A DNA stretch of 64,000 nucleotides from Iphione sp. A-MEVVRFRX5 (lineage: Eukaryota). The notes under the pieces are model-generated. The model worked only from the letters and a program-made list of their open reading frames with translations, was not told where the DNA came from and searched no databases. This document shows, in pieces, positions 59,268 through 64,000 of this stretch; position 1 is the first letter of the stretch; each line of letters opens with the position of its first letter. Position numbers and translations under genes: made by a program. The stretch lies in the NCBI GenBank assembly GCA_976226885.1, contig OZ320316.1:79670001-79734000 (forward strand). The letters are read 5' to 3'.

Positions 59268-59440
59268 TGTTTTTTGTCACTTTCTCCCTGAAATCTGCCA
59301 TTTTTCATCACTTTTTCCATGGAATGTGTGACAATCTCCATGAAATAGCCATTTTTCGTCACTTTCTCCCTGAAATTCACCATTTTTCGTCACTTTCTAC
59401 GTGCTATTTGCCACAATTTTCATGAATTGCCACTTTCCCC
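59268..59440. repeat. Imperfect ~30-bp tandem repeat (atttttcgtcactttctccctgaaat)
   Basis: Three to five recognisable units read directly. Confidence 0.8.
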
Positions 59441-59809
59441 CACCAGGAGACACATGTGTAGCGATTTCAACAACCGGATATTTCATCATCTGTACAAAAA
59501 TCCGCCATCCTCAGGCCCTCCGGTTAATGAGGTCTCCCTGTACTGGAGCCTCATTCTCCTACCTATCATGGAGGCTGTCTGGGATGGCCCTGAGGCCGTC
59601 CAAGGCCAGATCCTCTATGCTGATGGGAGACCATTGGAGGTCCAATGATGTTTGAAGCTCAGTTTTGGGATCTTTTGTTGTGGGGCAGAGTATAGCAGAT
59701 AGACGTAGAGGCCCTGTTTGGATTGGACATCCCATCAAAGTGGAGAATGGCGGTAGCTAGGTAGACGTGTCCTTCGGTAGGTCCCTGGTGCACATGATAC
59801 AGCGAGACA

Positions 59810-61283
59810 ATGCCAAAAGCTAATCTCACGGAGAAGGGGCCAAAGGGAGGTGAAGACACTCCAGTAACTAGATCGAGATCCAGATCAGTGAAAGGCAACA
59901 AGAAGAAGGATAACGAACAAAATAAACCTACGCCAAATAAGGATCTGAGCGATAATGAAGGGACACAAGCAATCGGCGGGGCGCGAAATGATGTAAACAA
60001 AGGGTCGCTACCCACTGATGTCAACAACACTGTCAGCCACACTGTCACAGACCCAGCCAACGGGGCATACAGCGCTGACGACATCGGTAAGGAGTCGATA
60101 AGTGCAGTCAAGCAAGACCTGGAGTCATTAAGACTACAGGTAGTGACCGAAATACGATCCCTGAAAGAAGAGGTGACGAGACTCCGTGAGGAGAATCAAA
60201 CTCTCAGGGAAGAGTTAGAATGAAGACAACCGCTGTCAGCCGAGGCGAACGAAGGGGAGCTCCACAGATTGACAGCCGAGGTGAACTCGTTGACAGCCGG
60301 GAATGCAATAATGTCAAGGAGGTGCAAAAAACTGGACAATGACGTGTCAAGACTTGAATTGAAGGGGCGATCAAAGAATATCCTGGTTGAAGGTATTCCA
60401 ATCCGAGAAGAGGCCAACCTAAAATGCTTCATCGAATCGTTGCTGCAGTATGTAGCAGGAGTCCAGCGCAGAGACATCACGAGTGTCGAACGTCTACCGG
60501 GAGGCCAGGGCACTCTGAAAGCGATTGTCGAGTTAAACAGCAGTGAGGTCAGGAATTCAATCATCAGGCGACGAGCTTCACTGGCGAATTCCAGGTGGTT
60601 TTCATCAATCTACATAAAAGAAGACATACCGCCGAGAGCAATGGATGCACACCGCATGCAGAACAGGATAGCGTCGGCTGCTAGGAACTGCGGAAGACGC
60701 GCGACTGTTAGAGGGATAGACCTGTTAATTGAAGGTGAGCGCTACACTCCGCTAGACACAAGGGATTTACCTCAAGACGTGCTAAGGGAGCTAAGCACAG
60801 TACACATCGGTGAGAATCAACACACCTTCAATAACAACGTACATGGTCTGTCGCCCATGGAATTCTCACCGTTCGAACAAGATGGGATATATCACACGAA
60901 CCTCGAAAGCGCGTTCCAACTTTCTAAAGCACGCGTCTGTGGAGATTCTCGCACAGAGCGAGAAATAAACAACTGTGCCTCCGGCTTCGAAGCGCACTTC
61001 ATTGCAAAGTAAAGTAGTAGCAATAGAACCATGGACAGAGTCGTCAGAGGTAATCCTAGACAATCTAGTTGCAAGTAAATATAACAGTAACAAGAAGTTG
61101 AAAAGTGTCTTGTTAGAGACCAATAACGCTCACTTAATCTACCTTGACGATGACCGGGTGCTTGGGGCAGGAACGCGGGATTGGGTAGAATATGGCGACG
61201 CTGCATTTGTTATGGGCGATAACTTGCTGGGAAAAGCGCTAATGCGCTATAGAGATAAGCTGGCTAATGCTAACAATCCTTAA
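59810..61283 (+). pseudogene. L1-ORF1p-like (coiled coil + RRM + CTD) protein fused to a C-terminal NADAR/YbiA domain, ~490 aa; one in-frame TGA (60221-60223) and one +1 frameshift (~61005-61012)
   Basis: Coiled coil, then RSKNILVEGIP and IYIKEDIP (ORF1 RRM/CTD-like motifs), then FSPFEQDGIYHTNLESAFQLSK...VLLETNN..LIYLDDDRVLGAG...GDNLLGKALMRYRDKL aligning with the YbiA/NADAR pattern. ORFs 59810-60223 and 60269-61012 are in the same frame. Confidence 0.85.
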
Positions 61284-61674
61284 CTGGATTGTTATTCAAG
61301 CAAGTCTATAATGATGAATGGTTCAGAACAAAACACAGTGAGTACGAATGAATTGGAGTTACATTAATTAAAAAGCCACCACCACGTATAGAGGATGAAT
61401 GTTCATGAAGTAGATAACATCTTGATGTAAGGTGGGACAGCTTTCTGCACTGTGAGGTACAGACGTATACAACCTACGTTATAATGATGCCCTTAGAATT
61501 GAAACGGTGGCCCGTTAATGACACTAATGTTGCACTGGACTGTAAAACTCAGTGCTAGCACTCATAAGAATAGCCCGACGACTGAAATCTGATTTTGTGA
61601 AGTCTCTCACTACATCGAGGGCAAATTTTAATAAATATGAAGCTACAGACTGTATTATTAATATTGTATTATAA

Positions 61675-62385
61675 CTGTCCTCAGAGTACGAGATCCGAAA
61701 CCACCCAAGCATCCCGGACTGTCTTCGAACTTGTGCAGTTGTGATCTGTGACTCACGCACTGCACGCAGTGTGTCCCAACTACACAGATCAGCCATGCCT
61801 CCGATGTTAATCCATGTCATCAGGGTGCGGAGGGCAACGTACATACAAGTGATGAATCGTCTACGTGATGGGGATTGGTCGTCATTCGCGGTGATACTGG
61901 TGCTAACCGGGACGTACGACTTCCTGAGGAGGGAGTGCGGCCAATGGACACTACGACACCAAAACTGTGACAGGTATGTGATGAGGACAAGGGCGGTTAT
62001 CGCGCGCATGTCACAGATGCTACGCACAACAGATTCAAGAGGCCCGCTACTGGTGTGTGCGCCCACGGCAGGTGTGCTACTACGTAGGTGTGAACCAGAC
62101 CTTTATCTCGAGGACCCGCTGCAACAAGTGGTACTAAACGAGATGGTAGTACTCCACAACGAGCTGTGCGTCCAAACTGCCCAAAGATATGGCATCAGCC
62201 CTCCTGATTTAGGTCGCTGTATAAACTCGGTAATAGGTGGTATTATTCTCATCGATGGTGACCACCTAACATTAGATGGCATCAGCGCAGAAAGATACAT
62301 CGAGCTTGAATGGTCTAGGATTATATCACGCTTCTTTAGACGATTTATCAACACATTTGCTACACATATCTACCTGATTCTGTAA
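61675..62385 (+). CDS. SGNH/GDSL-type esterase-like ORF (~237 open codons, start unclear)
   Basis: Block I VVICDS, block III VLTGTYD and block V DGDHL in correct order and spacing; putative Ser-Asp-His triad retained. Confidence 0.7.
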   Translation: MSSEYEIRNHPSIPDCLRTCAVVICDSRTARSVSQLHRSAMPPMLIHVIRVRRATYIQVMNRLRDGDWSSFAVILVLTGTYDFLRRECGQWTLRHQNCDRYVMRTRAVIARMSQMLRTTDSRGPLLVCAPTAGVLLRRCEPDLYLEDPLQQVVLNEMVVLHNELCVQTAQRYGISPPDLGRCINSVIGGIILIDGDHLTLDGISAERYIELEWSRIISRFFRRFINTFATHIYLIL

Positions 62386-62609
62386 AATTAGCACTGTCCA
62401 GTCATCATATCATGGTGTTGCGAAATGTAGAATTATGCCAATCAGTTCATCTTGATAATGCCTTTTATAATAACTTTCATCTTGTGAGGTTACGCTTGCG
62501 TCGATACTGGCTGTTATGGTCCGCAATTTCCATGGTTACAGTTTTCTATTCAAACTTGATTTCTTAACTAGGACCAAGAAAAGGTGGCTCAGACGGCATT
62601 CTTCATGGT

Positions 62610-63020
62610 TAAAGTACTGCTGAACTAAAAGCGCTGTCTAGCCTATGTAGTAATCATGATTTGTTCTCAGGATGTTTACTTGTTCCATGTTGAGTTTTGC
62701 ATAGATACCAGACTGACATTCATCGTAGTGAAACCCTCTCTACCCAAGTGTAACTAGCTTGTGATAAGGACTAGTAGCTTATATTCTGCCTTGTGAATCT
62801 TGGGTCAGATAGTTACTTGTCATGTTTAGTGTACCGCTGAACTACAACCATTACCTTGTTTATGTAGCAACCAAGATTTGTTTTCTAGAAGTTTACTTAT
62901 TTCGTGATGCGTTTTGCATAGACACCAGACCGACATTCTTCTTTGTGAAACCTTCTCTATCCAAGTGTAACTTGCTTGAAGAAAAGGACTAGTAGCCAAT
63001 ACTCTGGTCTGTGTGAATTT
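62610..63020. repeat. Diverged tandem duplication, ~217-bp period
   Basis: gtactgctgaacta (62614) vs gtaccgctgaacta (62831); tatgtag 62644 vs 62861; ccaagtgtaact and aaggactagtagc in both copies. Confidence 0.9.
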
Positions 63021-63737
63021 GTGATGCTTAAGTGATGGCGGACACGACGACTAGACGTCATAAGACACTGCAGACAGACTAGACAACACACGAAACATTA
63101 GCTTTGACCCAAACCACTGATACTCCATAGTGCATCCAGGATACTACAGCTCTATAAACTACGTACTACAGCATGACGACGTGAAGACGAACTACATCAG
63201 GACGATATGTAGATGACACATTAATTATTCCTGGCTCTCCACCAAAGAGAGGCCCTGCTCGACCGAACACAGTTAACCCAATAGACATAGAAAGAGACAG
63301 CCAAAGACCTAGGACTTCACCATACACCCCGACAAGCATAGACCCAACAATCTACTCGACACGACACAAACAATGACCGTCTGAGCTCACACAGGCTGAG
63401 AAATGGACACCAGCTATCGTAGCAGATGCGGCCACGAACTACACGACTCGACAATATCACACGAAACAATGTACTGCCCTGCTGCCTCGACTGACTCTAT
63501 CGCCTCTAATCAGGAAACAGCACAGAATACTCGAGGCACAACTATTACGTCAGCGACATGCTGGACGATAGTTATGCAAATACAAGCAGAAAGCTCCAAG
63601 TTGACATCCACAATCCGTAACATTCATCCAAACGGCTGCGCGGACATAATGGAAAGTCGTACCTACAAGAAGGGCAGCAACACTCATGTTGTGGCTGCAC
63701 CAGGGGCCACTGCCAAACTGACTACCGAAACGAGGAA

Positions 63738-64000
63738 ATGGGACTCAGAATAGTCGGCTACAATGTTCGAAGTTTGACGAAGAAAGTATGGGAACTAGCT
63801 ACGCTACTCCAGAACGACGGGGTAGACATTGCCTGCATCACGGAAACGTGGTTTGGGGAGACACATTCAAACAACGATATCGTCGTGCCGGGGTACAACG
63901 TCATCAGACAAGACCGATGCCGACAAGATACGAAGAGGGGAGGAGGCATCGTACTCTACATAAGAGAAGGGATAAAAGTCGTGAAAAACATAGAACTGCC
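63738..64000 (+). mobile_element. 5' end of LINE ORF2, APE-type endonuclease (CR1/L2 group), runs off the window
   Basis: MGLRIVGYNVRSL...VDIACITETW...VPGYNVIRQDR...RGGGIVLYIREGI: canonical APE motifs, open to the window edge. Confidence 0.93.

Overview
Eukaryotic (invertebrate) genomic DNA; the CELF sequence, TACATGTA richness and repeat types suggest a lancelet/Branchiostoma-like genome (inference). The window holds the 3' two-thirds of a + strand CELF3/4/5/6-subfamily (bruno-like) RNA-binding-protein gene: 8 coding exons from late RRM2 to the end of RRM3 (9209-36879), a 3'UTR intron and a probable long AU-rich terminal exon (~40.5-46 kb). The 5' exons lie upstream of the window. Downstream of ~49 kb are decayed mobile elements: an L2/CR1 fragment, a Penelope-type minimal hammerhead relic, a tRNA-derived SINE head, an intron-containing Crypton/DUF3504 pseudogene, an L1-ORF1-like protein fused to a NADAR/YbiA domain, an SGNH esterase ORF and the start of a LINE APE-endonuclease ORF. 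The most unusual signal is non-coding. The CELF introns carry many GC-rich islands dense in hairpins with G-U pairs on the + strand, and several islands are complementary to each other in nested, colinear order across 5-17 kb (e.g. 9516-9778 with 19750-21107; 24815-24853 with 30311-30355). This suggests a multi-kilobase folded pre-mRNA architecture around the linker exons. All pairings were found by eye and need statistical and experimental testing.
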